Below are positions 21,353-31,598 of a stretch of DNA of 64,000 nt, piece after piece. The DNA comes from a virus (taxonomy: Duplodnaviria > Caudoviricetes): IMG/VR virus record IMGVR_UViG_3300030330_004154, positions 33,556 through 97,555 of that record, one strand, 5' to 3'. Made by a program: the position numbers and the translations under genes. Below the pieces are notes generated by a model. It was not told where the DNA came from. It saw only the letters and a program-made list of their open reading frames with translations, and made no database searches. Position 1 is the stretch's first letter. Each line of letters begins with the position of its first letter.

Positions 21353-24300
21353 TTATCCTAATACACTACGGTCTGACGTTGTTATACTACCATCACTGTT
21401 AAACTTCGATCTAGACATCATGTCTCCAGCTTCTGCCAAGATTTCGTCTTTAAACGCCTGTTGCATATTACCATTGAACATATGGTTAATATCAAGTGTA
21501 CCAAGTTTTTCAAACATGTGTTTAATGTTTACATTGCCAAGCTTATCTGTAACCTCTTGGAATTTATTGACCATCTCTTCAAATTTAGAGAAGTCTATGC
21601 CGCCCGGACCCTCTGGGCCAGTTGAACCGTTTGCTCTATATCTAACAGATCCACCAGATGAAAGAGCCTGTGTTGGTGCTGAGTTAGAGTTCATAGATCT
21701 AAGTATTTGTAGGTTATTACCTCTTTGTACAGCAGCGCGATTTACAACAAACTCTCCGGGTGTCAACATGGCAGGAACAGTATCAGTTCCTCTTGGAATA
21801 AACATTCCTCTGCTGGCATAAACAGGTCCACCTCGACTCAAACCTAATGCGGCTTGATTTTGATTTACCCTACTTTGAATTTCTCTAAACTTAGCATCTT
21901 GAGTATTTATGATAACCTGCTTGGCTGTAACATCCATGCTTTCCATGTTAGCCGCTTGATCACCAAGTTGACTCTGCAATTGTGAAAGTTCACGACCCTC
22001 TGCTTTTATTCTTTCTTCTTCAGTTGTTGTTCCTGTAAATACTTCTGCCGCTCTACCTCCAAGCCCAAATGAACCAAATGCCAGTTGAGCAGCACGTTTA
22101 TTTTCAGCGTCACTTAAACCAGTCCCCTGTAACCCCTGTAGACCTTTACCAAGCGCACCAGCACCGAACAAGCTAGCCGCAGCAGCATCGCCAGTTCTAA
22201 GTGCAGATCCAGCAGCAGCACCAATAGCTTGATTGAAGAACGATTCTACATCACCGCCAAGAAGCGAATCTAAAGCGCTTTTCTCTGCTTGATTCTTTTT
22301 CCTTATTAATTCTAATTCTTGTTTTCTTTGTTCTATACCTTGTTTAGTAATTGTTATAAGGGCTTGGTTTGCAGCTTTAAGTTCAGATCTTCTGTCTGCG
22401 TCTACGCCAGCCCTGTCACCAAAAGCACCGCTTTTTCCGCCACTATTTAAAATAGCTGCATTTTGTGCGCTTTGTTGTCTGGAAAATCTATTCAATACAT
22501 CTTCGCTAGCCCTGCGAATATCGCTTGCGCTGCCAGTTGTCAGTCCAGCAACTCCAGCATCTCGTAGTGACAAGTTAGCTTGCTGTCTTCTTGCTGCAAA
22601 TTCTCTTTCAGGTGTAAATTTATCACCACCGAAGAACTCTAAATTCTTAGCAGCCTCAATTTGATTGTCAATTGCTTTCTTTTGTGCGTCAATTAATTTT
22701 AATTCTGCTTTTCTTCTTTCTTCAGTAGCTTTAATTAATTTAGCGTTTACAGACTCCATTTCCTTCATAGGCCCAAGGATCTGCTTTTGAATTTGTTCTC
22801 CAAGTGGACCAAATGCTTTTTGCAATATTGGACTAGCATCACCAGTATTATAGAACTGTTCTATTTCCTCTTTTGTTAGATCACCAATACCATTAAATGC
22901 ATTTGTTAACCTATCTTTAATAGGGCTACTATCTGGAATTGTTCCAAGTAAGGCGGCTTTAAAGTCTTTCTGAACTTTACCCAAGCTTGCGCCTGAAGTA
23001 ATATCTCCTGCGCTTAAATTGCTTCTCAGAGTTTCAAGCGCTGCATTTGCATTAACCTGAGCGTCGTTAAACCCTTGCAAGGTTCCAGTTAATACATCCA
23101 CCTGCTCGGTTGTTGCACCAAACGCAGAAAAGCTACTAGCAACAGCGTTAAGTGAAGAATCTAAATCTGACTGGCTGATAGCAGCACCAGCACCACTAAC
23201 AACAGCAGCTAATGTGTTTGTAGCTATAGTTAATGAATTATAACCAGTTTTAGATGATTCAGTTATATTGTCTAGGTTAGTATTAAATGCAGTTATACCA
23301 GAGGTTACGTCTTTTAATCCAAAGTTTAATGATTTCAAGAAAGCAGCATTTTCTTTTGCTGCCTCGCCCATTGCTTTTACTTGATCTTCAAATTGCTTTT
23401 TTAAGTTTGAATCTAAATCTAAAGCCTTTCTAACTAAAGCTCCCTCTTCGCCCATTTGACTTATTATAGAGTCCAAGGTGGGTGCTGTACGGCCCAAAGA
23501 CGCAGCAGTTCCAGCCGCATTTTTAACAAGTTCGTCAAAACCCTTTTTAAATTCAGGTGCTTGTAACTGAGCAACTAATTGTTTGTTAAGCGCTTCTTCT
23601 TGTTTTTTCCTTTCTAGTCTGGCGTTTGTTAGTGCGGTCTTTGTTCTTGTGGCGGCATCGTCCCACAGTCCAATGTAAGCGCCAATATTATCGCCAAGTT
23701 TTTCAGGATCAAACATGCCAACGTCGGCGCCAGATGCTTTTGCAAGAGAAGCAACTTGGCCGCCAACACCAAAGGCAGCAGCGTTCATCACTCCTATTCC
23801 AATCACCTCTGCAAGCAAGCCTCCTCTTCCTGCCTTGGCGGTGGTTTGACCTCTTACCCTATCACCAGATGCTAGTTGAATAGCATTGTCTTTGGCTACG
23901 GCTCTCAAACCTCCAGTAAATGATCCTGACTGAAAAGCTTCTTGTATTGTTTTCGCTCCGTCTTTAACTTCTTTCAGCGCTTCAGAAGCAGCCTTGCTTG
24001 CTGCTGCTAGCTCGTTCGTTCGTCTTGCAGCGGATGCTTCAGCTTCTGCCTTAGCTTTAATTACATCCGTTGAATCTGCGCCAAAAAGCGTAAGGACGTT
24101 ATCTCTGAAAAACGCTAAAGCGTCTTCAGTTAATCCAAGTTTTGCAGCAACCCCAACCGCAGCACCACCAAGACCACCAACTATAGCTCCAGCGGCAGTA
24201 CCCAATCCGGGAAGAAGCACTGTTCCAATCGCAGCGCCAGCGGCAGCAGCACCCATTGCTAATTTGTTTGCATCGCTTGCGGCTTGACTTGCAGCAGCAG

Positions 24301-27300
24301 TGGCTCCAGCATTAGCAACGTCACCTTCTTCAATTGCTTTCGTTGCTTTTTCATGAACCCCCGTGTACGCATCCATAGCCTTTGTTATGGCGAAAACCGC
24401 TCCAACCGCAGCGCCAACACCTATAGTAAGTGCGTTCATTGGTAAGCCAAGACTACTAACTAAAAATCCAAAGGTGGATAGCATCATAACTGTATTACCA
24501 AGCTCATTCTGCACAGCGCCCATTCCTTCAGTAGCGCCTTCGACCCGTGGTATAAATGCTGCCATACTGGTGGCTGCCATCATAATTCCCATTGCGCCCA
24601 TGCCGCCCATGCCACCACCGGCAACCGCTGCGCCCCGTTGATCCCTTTGGGCCTTACGTTCGGCGGCTTTAGCTGCTTTTTCATCTGCTATAGCAGCTTT
24701 TCTTGCAGCTTTTTCTAAAGATTGAATAGAAACGCCACCCTTTTTCATACCTGCGGCAAGAGCCTTGGTTGCGCTATCGCCCTTGTTGATAGAGCCAATA
24801 AACGCAGACATAGCTGCTTTTGTTTTTCTGGCAGACGCCCCCTGCTGCTGCAACATGCGTTGTAAATCTTTACTAGCAAAAGCAGTACCCTGCGCTGGAT
24901 TAGCAATAGGACCACGAACAGCATTAGCACTTGCACTTAACTTGCCAGCAGTTTTTTGTGTTTGAGTTGCGGCTCTATCTAGAGGTCCAATGATTTTTTT
25001 TACAGAACCGGCAATACCTGTAGAAACTTTACCAAAAGCTTCTTGAATTTTAGGAGCTTGTCCCTTTAAACTAGTAGCACCTCGCTGAATACTTTGTTTA
25101 TATTGATCAAGGCCAGACTTTAGATTTGACGCACCTTGTTGTGCAACCTGTTTTACTCGGTTGAACCCATCCTTTAATTTATTTTCACCTTGCCTTACCT
25201 TGTCTCCAACTTTAGCAAATTGATTTCTTAGATTTTGAGATGTAGTTTTAAATCCTTCGCTTTGCTTAAAATTAGTAACAGCTTGTTGAGCGCTCTGTCC
25301 AACACTTTTGAATTTACTGGGAACATCTTTAATTGCACTAGAAACACTTTTTAAGCCTCTAGCTAATAAACCTGCTTCTTTCTTTACTTCACCTCCCCCA
25401 GAGGACTGATTAGAGGCACGTCTTTGCGCTGCCGCAGCTACGTTTATACCACTGTTAGTTATATTACCAAAGTTAACACCGCCACCATTAGCAAATTCAA
25501 CAGGTCCACCTTTTGCATAACCTTTAACGCCCTGTTTGTTCATGCGGTTAAGGTTAGAGTAGCCAATACTCTTAGCAGCAGATTTATTAAAGACAAACTC
25601 ACCGGGGGTTAGAAGCGCAGGAACTGTATCTGACCCAGAAATACCACCACCAGAAGCTAATTTTCTTCTGCCTGTCGCTCTAATTTTAGCTCCAGAAATG
25701 AAACCAGCAGCAATATCGTTTGCCAATTTTCTCTGTATGTTTCCTTTAACTTCTCCAAAGCTTCTTTTTGCTTCTGCTTTTTTAAGATTGCCAATTAAAC
25801 CGGGACTACCAAAAAGAGTTCCTAGCTTCTTTTTATTTTGAGATATAGCAGAGCGAGGAAAGTCAAAATTAGCACGACCGCCAGCAGCAACAGCGCCAGT
25901 TAAGGCAGAAATCATACCTTCAAATATATATCCCTCAACGGTAGATGAAACCGCTTTGTCTTTCTTGATATTGCCAATAACTTTTCTTAATGCATTTTCA
26001 TTAGTGTCAATGGCTGGTGGTAAGTCTAATAATTTAGAGCCTTTTACCGTAGAAATAGTGCTTTCAATTGCTTTCGTAATTCCAGCATCAAACCCTTTAC
26101 TAACAGCGCCTGCGTATTGCTTGTTCTTTCTCATGCCCGCTTCACCCTCGGCAGCACCGGGGTAGAAAACTGGATAAGTTGCTGGAGCTTTCAGTACAGC
26201 CCTGACTCCACCTCTAATATCTTTATCTGATAATCCAGCTTGTCTTGCCGCCAATCTAGCAAGTCTATTTCCCGGAGGTAAAACAAATGGCTGGTCTTTA
26301 GTTTGCGTATATGTACTGTCAGTACCTTTAGGTGGATTTAAAACAAAAGCGCCAACTTGACCCGGAACTACATCAAATGCAACTTGACCTGCTCCTGCAC
26401 CCCCGTCCTTTCTAGATTTTAATTGCTTGGTGGAGCCAGTTATTTTTGCGCCGTTTTTAAATCTATTTTCATTCATCTGCGCAAGAGTTCCAGCACCCAA
26501 ACTCTTTACGCTGCTCTTCTTTATTACAAATTCACCGGGAGTAAGCATAGCTGGAACTGTATCGCGATTACCGGTCCCCGGAACCACACCGCCTCTTGCA
26601 AACCCAGTAGGGCTTGCTCCACCTCTAAGACCAGAACCAATTCCTCTGGCAAAACCAGCAGCACCTCTAGCAAACTTAATTGCTGCAAACGTAGTCAGAA
26701 GTGGCAGTAGAGGTTTTATGGCATCTGCTATTTTAATAAGCGCACTAGCAAGCTCAAGAGAGGTTTTCACCATTAATTGAAAACTGCCAGTTTGACTAAT
26801 ACTTCTAATGAGAGCTAAAAACTCTTCTTTAACTTTTGCTATTTGAACAGCAAGTGCTTGTTGAGCTTTCGCAGCATCTTTAGTTAAACTATCTCCACCT
26901 TCCAGTGCGGCCTGTCTAGCTCTTTCAGCAGTTTCAAACTGCTGCAAAAGAGGAATAACTTTACCAATCTGTCTAAATCCACCAAGCTCTTCTGCTATTC
27001 TAACAAATCTAATGTCGCCCTGCTCCAGTCCAGAAAGAGCTTGACTTAATTGCCTAATAGCTTCAAACGGACCAATAAATTTACCATTAAGATCAGTAAG
27101 TTCAACGCCAAACTGTTTAAGGAATTCTATAGTTTTAGGTCTTTGAATACGTGTAAAGATAGTACGCAAACCAGTTGCAATACTTTCTGCACTTTCACGG
27201 GTAGTAGCACGAACACTTGTGAACAGCGCTATCAGTTCATTCAAATCGCCACCAGCAGCTTTAAACACACCACCAGTACGACGAATAACACTAATCAAGT

Positions 27301-27958
27301 CACCAGATTCAACAGCAAACTGACCAGCAACCCTGTTGATAGCACCAAGCTGTCTTTCTAGCTCACCCACGCCCTTGCCAAACTGAGCAAGAATAGCAAC
27401 AGCGCCCTCGGCAGTTTTTGTTATATCATCAAAGGTTGGAGCTAATTCTGTTTTAGCCAGAGTTCTAAGTGCGACTTTTAAATCGCTTGCTTGTATACCA
27501 GCTTGAGATAAGATCCTACCGACAGATAAGATAGACTTACTAGAAACACCTAAAGATGTAGCTAGTTCTGTAATTGTATTTTCAAGACCTTTCAACTGGG
27601 CCATAGTTTTCCCAGTCACCTGAGAGATCTTGATCATCTCTCTTTCAAAAGCAATCGCTTCTTTGGTTGCATTAGCCAACCCGCTTGTAAAAAGACTAAC
27701 TGCCCTAGTAGCAATAGTAAACGCACCAAACCTACGTATAGACGCACCAAAAGCCTTGCCCATTTTATTGGCTTGCGTTGTTGCTTGCTTGGTGGCTTTA
27801 TTTAAGTTATTAACCTGCCGGGAAGCCTGTTGACCCCCTTTTAGATTAATTTGTGCATTAACGCCCCTTAACTGCCGTTGTATTTGGTTTACAACCTGAC
27901 GAGTATTAGTGGGCGCTTGTAATTGTACTTGCGCGGTTAAAACGAATCGTGAAGCCAT
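21353..27958 (-). CDS. tail tape measure protein (2201 aa)
   Basis: N-terminal TP901-type TMP core (AIAFEREMIKISQVTG...ESIATGLRTIFTRI); Ala/Gly-rich helical composition; hydrophobic membrane-like segment; three DTVPA(M/L)LTPGEFV motifs. Confidence 0.92.
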   Translation of the reverse strand: MASRFVLTAQVQLQAPTNTRQVVNQIQRQLRGVNAQINLKGGQQASRQVNNLNKATKQATTQANKMGKAFGASIRRFGAFTIATRAVSLFTSGLANATKEAIAFEREMIKISQVTGKTMAQLKGLENTITELATSLGVSSKSILSVGRILSQAGIQASDLKVALRTLAKTELAPTFDDITKTAEGAVAILAQFGKGVGELERQLGAINRVAGQFAVESGDLISVIRRTGGVFKAAGGDLNELIALFTSVRATTRESAESIATGLRTIFTRIQRPKTIEFLKQFGVELTDLNGKFIGPFEAIRQLSQALSGLEQGDIRFVRIAEELGGFRQIGKVIPLLQQFETAERARQAALEGGDSLTKDAAKAQQALAVQIAKVKEEFLALIRSISQTGSFQLMVKTSLELASALIKIADAIKPLLPLLTTFAAIKFARGAAGFARGIGSGLRGGASPTGFARGGVVPGTGNRDTVPAMLTPGEFVIKKSSVKSLGAGTLAQMNENRFKNGAKITGSTKQLKSRKDGGAGAGQVAFDVVPGQVGAFVLNPPKGTDSTYTQTKDQPFVLPPGNRLARLAARQAGLSDKDIRGGVRAVLKAPATYPVFYPGAAEGEAGMRKNKQYAGAVSKGFDAGITKAIESTISTVKGSKLLDLPPAIDTNENALRKVIGNIKKDKAVSSTVEGYIFEGMISALTGAVAAGGRANFDFPRSAISQNKKKLGTLFGSPGLIGNLKKAEAKRSFGEVKGNIQRKLANDIAAGFISGAKIRATGRRKLASGGGISGSDTVPALLTPGEFVFNKSAAKSIGYSNLNRMNKQGVKGYAKGGPVEFANGGGVNFGNITNSGINVAAAAQRRASNQSSGGGEVKKEAGLLARGLKSVSSAIKDVPSKFKSVGQSAQQAVTNFKQSEGFKTTSQNLRNQFAKVGDKVRQGENKLKDGFNRVKQVAQQGASNLKSGLDQYKQSIQRGATSLKGQAPKIQEAFGKVSTGIAGSVKKIIGPLDRAATQTQKTAGKLSASANAVRGPIANPAQGTAFASKDLQRMLQQQGASARKTKAAMSAFIGSINKGDSATKALAAGMKKGGVSIQSLEKAARKAAIADEKAAKAAERKAQRDQRGAAVAGGGMGGMGAMGIMMAATSMAAFIPRVEGATEGMGAVQNELGNTVMMLSTFGFLVSSLGLPMNALTIGVGAAVGAVFAITKAMDAYTGVHEKATKAIEEGDVANAGATAAASQAASDANKLAMGAAAAGAAIGTVLLPGLGTAAGAIVGGLGGAAVGVAAKLGLTEDALAFFRDNVLTLFGADSTDVIKAKAEAEASAARRTNELAAASKAASEALKEVKDGAKTIQEAFQSGSFTGGLRAVAKDNAIQLASGDRVRGQTTAKAGRGGLLAEVIGIGVMNAAAFGVGGQVASLAKASGADVGMFDPEKLGDNIGAYIGLWDDAATRTKTALTNARLERKKQEEALNKQLVAQLQAPEFKKGFDELVKNAAGTAASLGRTAPTLDSIISQMGEEGALVRKALDLDSNLKKQFEDQVKAMGEAAKENAAFLKSLNFGLKDVTSGITAFNTNLDNITESSKTGYNSLTIATNTLAAVVSGAGAAISQSDLDSSLNAVASSFSAFGATTEQVDVLTGTLQGFNDAQVNANAALETLRSNLSAGDITSGASLGKVQKDFKAALLGTIPDSSPIKDRLTNAFNGIGDLTKEEIEQFYNTGDASPILQKAFGPLGEQIQKQILGPMKEMESVNAKLIKATEERRKAELKLIDAQKKAIDNQIEAAKNLEFFGGDKFTPEREFAARRQQANLSLRDAGVAGLTTGSASDIRRASEDVLNRFSRQQSAQNAAILNSGGKSGAFGDRAGVDADRRSELKAANQALITITKQGIEQRKQELELIRKKNQAEKSALDSLLGGDVESFFNQAIGAAAGSALRTGDAAAASLFGAGALGKGLQGLQGTGLSDAENKRAAQLAFGSFGLGGRAAEVFTGTTTEEERIKAEGRELSQLQSQLGDQAANMESMDVTAKQVIINTQDAKFREIQSRVNQNQAALGLSRGGPVYASRGMFIPRGTDTVPAMLTPGEFVVNRAAVQRGNNLQILRSMNSNSAPTQALSSGGSVRYRANGSTGPEGPGGIDFSKFEEMVNKFQEVTDKLGNVNIKHMFEKLGTLDINHMFNGNMQQAFKDEILAEAGDMMSRSKFNSDGSITTSDRSVLG

Positions 27959-27994
27959 GATTTCCCTTAGTTAATAATGACCACACTATCCAAT

Positions 27995-28807
27995 CTAACT
28001 ATCCGTTGTGCTTTTGGTTCTTGTAGTCTTTTTCGTTGGAGCTTTTTTAGCTGGAGCTTTCTTTGCCGCTGGTCTCAAATCGTTTTCATATTGAACCTTT
28101 GGTGCTTCAGCGTTAAGTTCTTCTTTTTTAAGAATAACATTAAAGTCTTCATCTACTAAATTACCGTCAAAATCAATTAGTGCCAAACTTTCCCCGTCAG
28201 CTAATTTTTGTTTAATCAAGAAGTCATTCTCTGGCAAAGTTGCCTCAAAAGAATCCGTAAGATTGTACATCAATTGTCCCAAAGCTGCTGCTGCGGTAAA
28301 TGCGGTATCTGTAGAATCATTCTCATAATCTCCTACGCTATTATACACCTTTTCGTTGGTATCTTTATAAAATGTACAACAGGTAACAAGAAAGTCAAAT
28401 CGGGCATTATCTGCGAGGGATTCCGTAGTATTAGACTCTAATTCTATTTTCTCGGAAAGAAGATCTCTATATTCTACCCTTTTTTTACGTAATTCAATTG
28501 CTATACTTCTGGCCTCAGATAGCTTAACCTTTCTTTTTCCGGGTCTAATTAGTTTATCTTGTAGTGCATTAATAGACTTTTCCAAAGCCAAACTTTCTTT
28601 TTGTTTGTCTTTATCCCAGATTTTCCGCTCTTCTAGATACCGTTTTAACTGTACCTTGGACATAATATCTGGATCAGATTTAAATCTACTCCAACTCTTA
28701 ACCCTGACCTTTTCTGCGCGAGTTAGTTCACCATTGGTAGGTTTTCTAACATAGATTTCTACCTTGGTTCCGTCTTCTTTTATTACTTCTCTATCTAGTC
28801 TTTTCAT
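27995..28807 (-). CDS. putative tail assembly chaperone, short paralog (270 aa)
   Basis: Immediately upstream of the TMP; aligns by eye with 29171-30211; basic AKKAP-repeat C-terminal tail. Confidence 0.55.
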   Translation of the reverse strand: MKRLDREVIKEDGTKVEIYVRKPTNGELTRAEKVRVKSWSRFKSDPDIMSKVQLKRYLEERKIWDKDKQKESLALEKSINALQDKLIRPGKRKVKLSEARSIAIELRKKRVEYRDLLSEKIELESNTTESLADNARFDFLVTCCTFYKDTNEKVYNSVGDYENDSTDTAFTAAAALGQLMYNLTDSFEATLPENDFLIKQKLADGESLALIDFDGNLVDEDFNVILKKEELNAEAPKVQYENDLRPAAKKAPAKKAPTKKTTRTKSTTDS

Positions 28808-28808
28808 C

Positions 28809-29168
28809 TTATTCCTCCGATTTAGGTTCCTTAACTGGAATATTAACAGAATATCTTAGCCATTTAATGTCATATTGACTTAACTCAGCATCCACATTTC
28901 TAGCTTGAGTATTACCCTTATCAAGTATTTCTGACCTTAGTTTTTGGTAAAGATCATACATCAATTTTTGTTGTTCCGACATCTCCCCTTCAAAGTCCCA
29001 AAGAAAACCAAAATGTTCTTCTATAGAACTAAGAGCGCCAATCATAGTTGTTTGAACTTTCTTTTTTAATATCTTGGCTAACCTCTCCTTGGAGTCCGAC
29101 CTATATTTTTGGTCTCTTATAGATTTATATTCGACCTGATTTTGAATCAAGTCGTCAAAGTTTTCCAT
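28809..29168 (-). CDS. hypothetical protein (119 aa)
   Basis: ORF with 1-2 nt gaps to both neighbours; GGAG upstream. Confidence 0.7.
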   Translation of the reverse strand: MENFDDLIQNQVEYKSIRDQKYRSDSKERLAKILKKKVQTTMIGALSSIEEHFGFLWDFEGEMSEQQKLMYDLYQKLRSEILDKGNTQARNVDAELSQYDIKWLRYSVNIPVKEPKSEE

Positions 29169-29170
29169 AT

Positions 29171-30211
29171 CTATCTCCTAAAATTGTTTTTAAATTTCTC
29201 ATGAGCCATATTTCCTAATCTCATTTTTTGATCCGCAAAGTCTAAGTCAACTGCCGAACCCTTTTGTTTAATAACTTGTTCTCTTTCTTTCTTTATAACC
29301 TTTGATGTTGTAGAGTTCATTTCATGAACATTTTGTGCATCTTTTTGATTATCTGCAAATACTATAATTTCTTGCGAGTTTCTAATCTTATCATTTTGTA
29401 TAGAATCTTCAATTACACCAACGGCTTTTTCTCTTTCATTTTTTCTTCTTTGTTCAATAAACCAGCCGTCCAGCGCATCGTCATCTTCAATAACTTTCTC
29501 AGAGGGGCATTCCATTGACTCTTGTATATTATCATACATTCTAGACCAAATTAACAAATTTCTTTGATCTACAGATAGTTCTCTATTTGTCTTGTTAAAA
29601 AGATTAAAAGTGTTGGTTTCTCTTAAACTCCATATTGAACGCCAAGGGTCTGATCTGGCAATTTCTCTACAGTCGCCCTCTTTTAGTATTAGAGAGTAAT
29701 ACTTATTTAATAAATCATTCAGTTCTACAGAATCTGGATCTAGCTTCTCGCCGCCAACATAACTGCAAGCTTCAAGCAAGAACATGCTTTTATCTAGCTG
29801 CGCAATTCCTTCGCAGGTATTGCCATAGTAGGCGTTCTTTTTATTTTCCATCTGCTTCAGCCCCTCTTCTGCGGCCCTTAGATAAATTCTAGCCGACTCT
29901 CTTAATTTTCCGTTGTTAAACTTCTTATATACATTTATCTTTAAATTTTCTATTTCCTTGTTTACTTCCTTTATTTTTAAGTCTTCTTCGTATGTCCATA
30001 GTCCATTTTCTAACATCCACTCGGTGCATTCTTCTTGAGTCATTATGTCGTCATTCATAGATTCGTAATATGAACGCTCATAAACCTCACAAGACTCAAA
30101 CTCTTCTTCTATTGTGGGTGTCAATACTTTTATATTAAATTTATTGTAAGGCACTTTATATATGCCAGATCGTATCCTAAAAACTAAAAACTCCCGCTCA
30201 GATAAGTCCAT
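29171..30211 (-). CDS. putative tail assembly chaperone, long paralog
   Basis: Between tail tube and TMP. Likely start is ATG 30211 (GAGG upstream); the track uses GTG 30226. Confidence 0.55.
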   Translation of the reverse strand: MDLSEREFLVFRIRSGIYKVPYNKFNIKVLTPTIEEEFESCEVYERSYYESMNDDIMTQEECTEWMLENGLWTYEEDLKIKEVNKEIENLKINVYKKFNNGKLRESARIYLRAAEEGLKQMENKKNAYYGNTCEGIAQLDKSMFLLEACSYVGGEKLDPDSVELNDLLNKYYSLILKEGDCREIARSDPWRSIWSLRETNTFNLFNKTNRELSVDQRNLLIWSRMYDNIQESMECPSEKVIEDDDALDGWFIEQRRKNEREKAVGVIEDSIQNDKIRNSQEIIVFADNQKDAQNVHEMNSTTSKVIKKEREQVIKQKGSAVDLDFADQKMRLGNMAHEKFKNNFRR

Positions 30212-30235
30212 GCAGAACCTCGTCACGGGAGTTTT
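30187..30235 (-). promoter_or_regulatory. 10-bp perfect inverted repeat enclosing the RBS and start codon of the long chaperone gene
   Basis: AAAACTCCCG (30187-30196) / CGGGAGTTTT (30226-30235); the mRNA loop contains GAGG and AUG. Confidence 0.55.
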
Positions 30236-30287
30236 CGTTATTCATGTTAATGTCCTTTAAAATCCTAATGTAACCACAAGCAGTATC

Positions 30288-31547
30288 TTACCAGTGAGCT
30301 TGTGTTGCAGTTTTTCCAGACAAAGAGGGCCAGTGTCTGATTTCAAAAACGTTAAAGTTAGTATAACTGTAGGTGCAAGCAGCATTTCCTCCACCAGCGT
30401 CACCTCCTCCATAACTAACACTTGACAGTCTGTTTCTTGAACCAAGGTCAAACACTTGACCGCCACGCAAACAAAGTTTGATTGTTTCGTCAGGAGTATT
30501 CTCACCAGAGTTTTTAGTAAAGTTTAATGATGCATCACCATCTTCAAGTGCGTTAACAAAATCACCTTCTACAGTAATTGCTTCGATGTCGCAAGTAACT
30601 TCTACTGGAAAGTTAGCCGTTCTAGCATATGGGTTTTTCCTACCAAGCTCAAGAACGTCTTCACGACCAAGGTCCGTACTGCATGAGAAACTTTGAATGT
30701 GAACAATCGGAAGCCCATTAGCAAAGCCGTTTCCGATGTTAGCGCCATCAACCCCACGAATAGATTGTGGCAGGGTAGAGAATTCAAGAAGAACATCTTC
30801 GCGTCTTTGAACACCACCACTAGCCACGGGAGCGGGTTGCGTTGCGTGAGCAGCAGTTCTAGCAAGTGGCTCATCAGTACCGTCAAATTCAGCCATAGGC
30901 AAGTTAGGATTACCTACACCACCACCAGTGCCAGAGCTAACAAGTGCCATCCTACCAAACGGCTCAATACCGCTGGACTTTGTAAGCAAAGAACTATGTA
31001 ACCATTGCTTATTATTTCCAACTAAAGTGATACTTTCAGTAGCTGGACCATCGACAGGAACGTTGTAGCTAACAGAGTTCAAGAACATTCCAGAAAGATA
31101 AACTTCTGTAGACTGTTTACCCTGTCCAACAGACTCTATACCGGAAGGAGCAGTAGCGCCTACATTGTTACCCTTTTCTTCTTCATAAATGCCAAGTCTA
31201 ACGTCACATCTTTTTTTGGATCTAGGAAGGAATTGACCACTAGCCTGTGCGCTGATTGCATCGCTAGAATTTCCAGTTGTTGCCATGTGATAAAGAAGTG
31301 GATATCCATCAACAACTTTTTCCATAGTTACTTCAACGTCTGGAATACCTTCTACGTTTTCATAAATCTCAAGCTGACCAAGCTCAAAAACTTGTTCTAG
31401 GTTAAAGTTAGTTGTAATACCAATACTTTGAACACCATGAGCAACGAGAGATTTTGTGTAGTCTCCCGGACTAGTACCTCTAGGTGCAATAGCAACGGCC
31501 TGTGTTGCGTAAAATACTCTATCATTACTTAAATTTGTAGTCGCCAT
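30288..31547 (-). CDS. major tail tube protein (419 aa)
   Basis: Two related halves (GVQSIGITTNFNLEQVFELGQ / HIQSFSCSTDLGREDVLELGR); strong AGGAG RBS; promoter motif upstream; position before chaperones and TMP. Confidence 0.7.
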   Translation of the reverse strand: MATTNLSNDRVFYATQAVAIAPRGTSPGDYTKSLVAHGVQSIGITTNFNLEQVFELGQLEIYENVEGIPDVEVTMEKVVDGYPLLYHMATTGNSSDAISAQASGQFLPRSKKRCDVRLGIYEEEKGNNVGATAPSGIESVGQGKQSTEVYLSGMFLNSVSYNVPVDGPATESITLVGNNKQWLHSSLLTKSSGIEPFGRMALVSSGTGGGVGNPNLPMAEFDGTDEPLARTAAHATQPAPVASGGVQRREDVLLEFSTLPQSIRGVDGANIGNGFANGLPIVHIQSFSCSTDLGREDVLELGRKNPYARTANFPVEVTCDIEAITVEGDFVNALEDGDASLNFTKNSGENTPDETIKLCLRGGQVFDLGSRNRLSSVSYGGGDAGGGNAACTYSYTNFNVFEIRHWPSLSGKTATQAHW

Positions 31548-31582
31548 TAAATCTCTCCTGTCGGTGGATTAAATTATATTAA

Positions 31583-31591
31583 ATTATACAC
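31583..31591 (-). promoter_or_regulatory. putative late promoter motif GTGTATAAT
   Basis: Recurrent motif, ~35 nt upstream of the tail tube ATG. Confidence 0.65.
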
Positions 31592-31598
31592 TAAAAAG

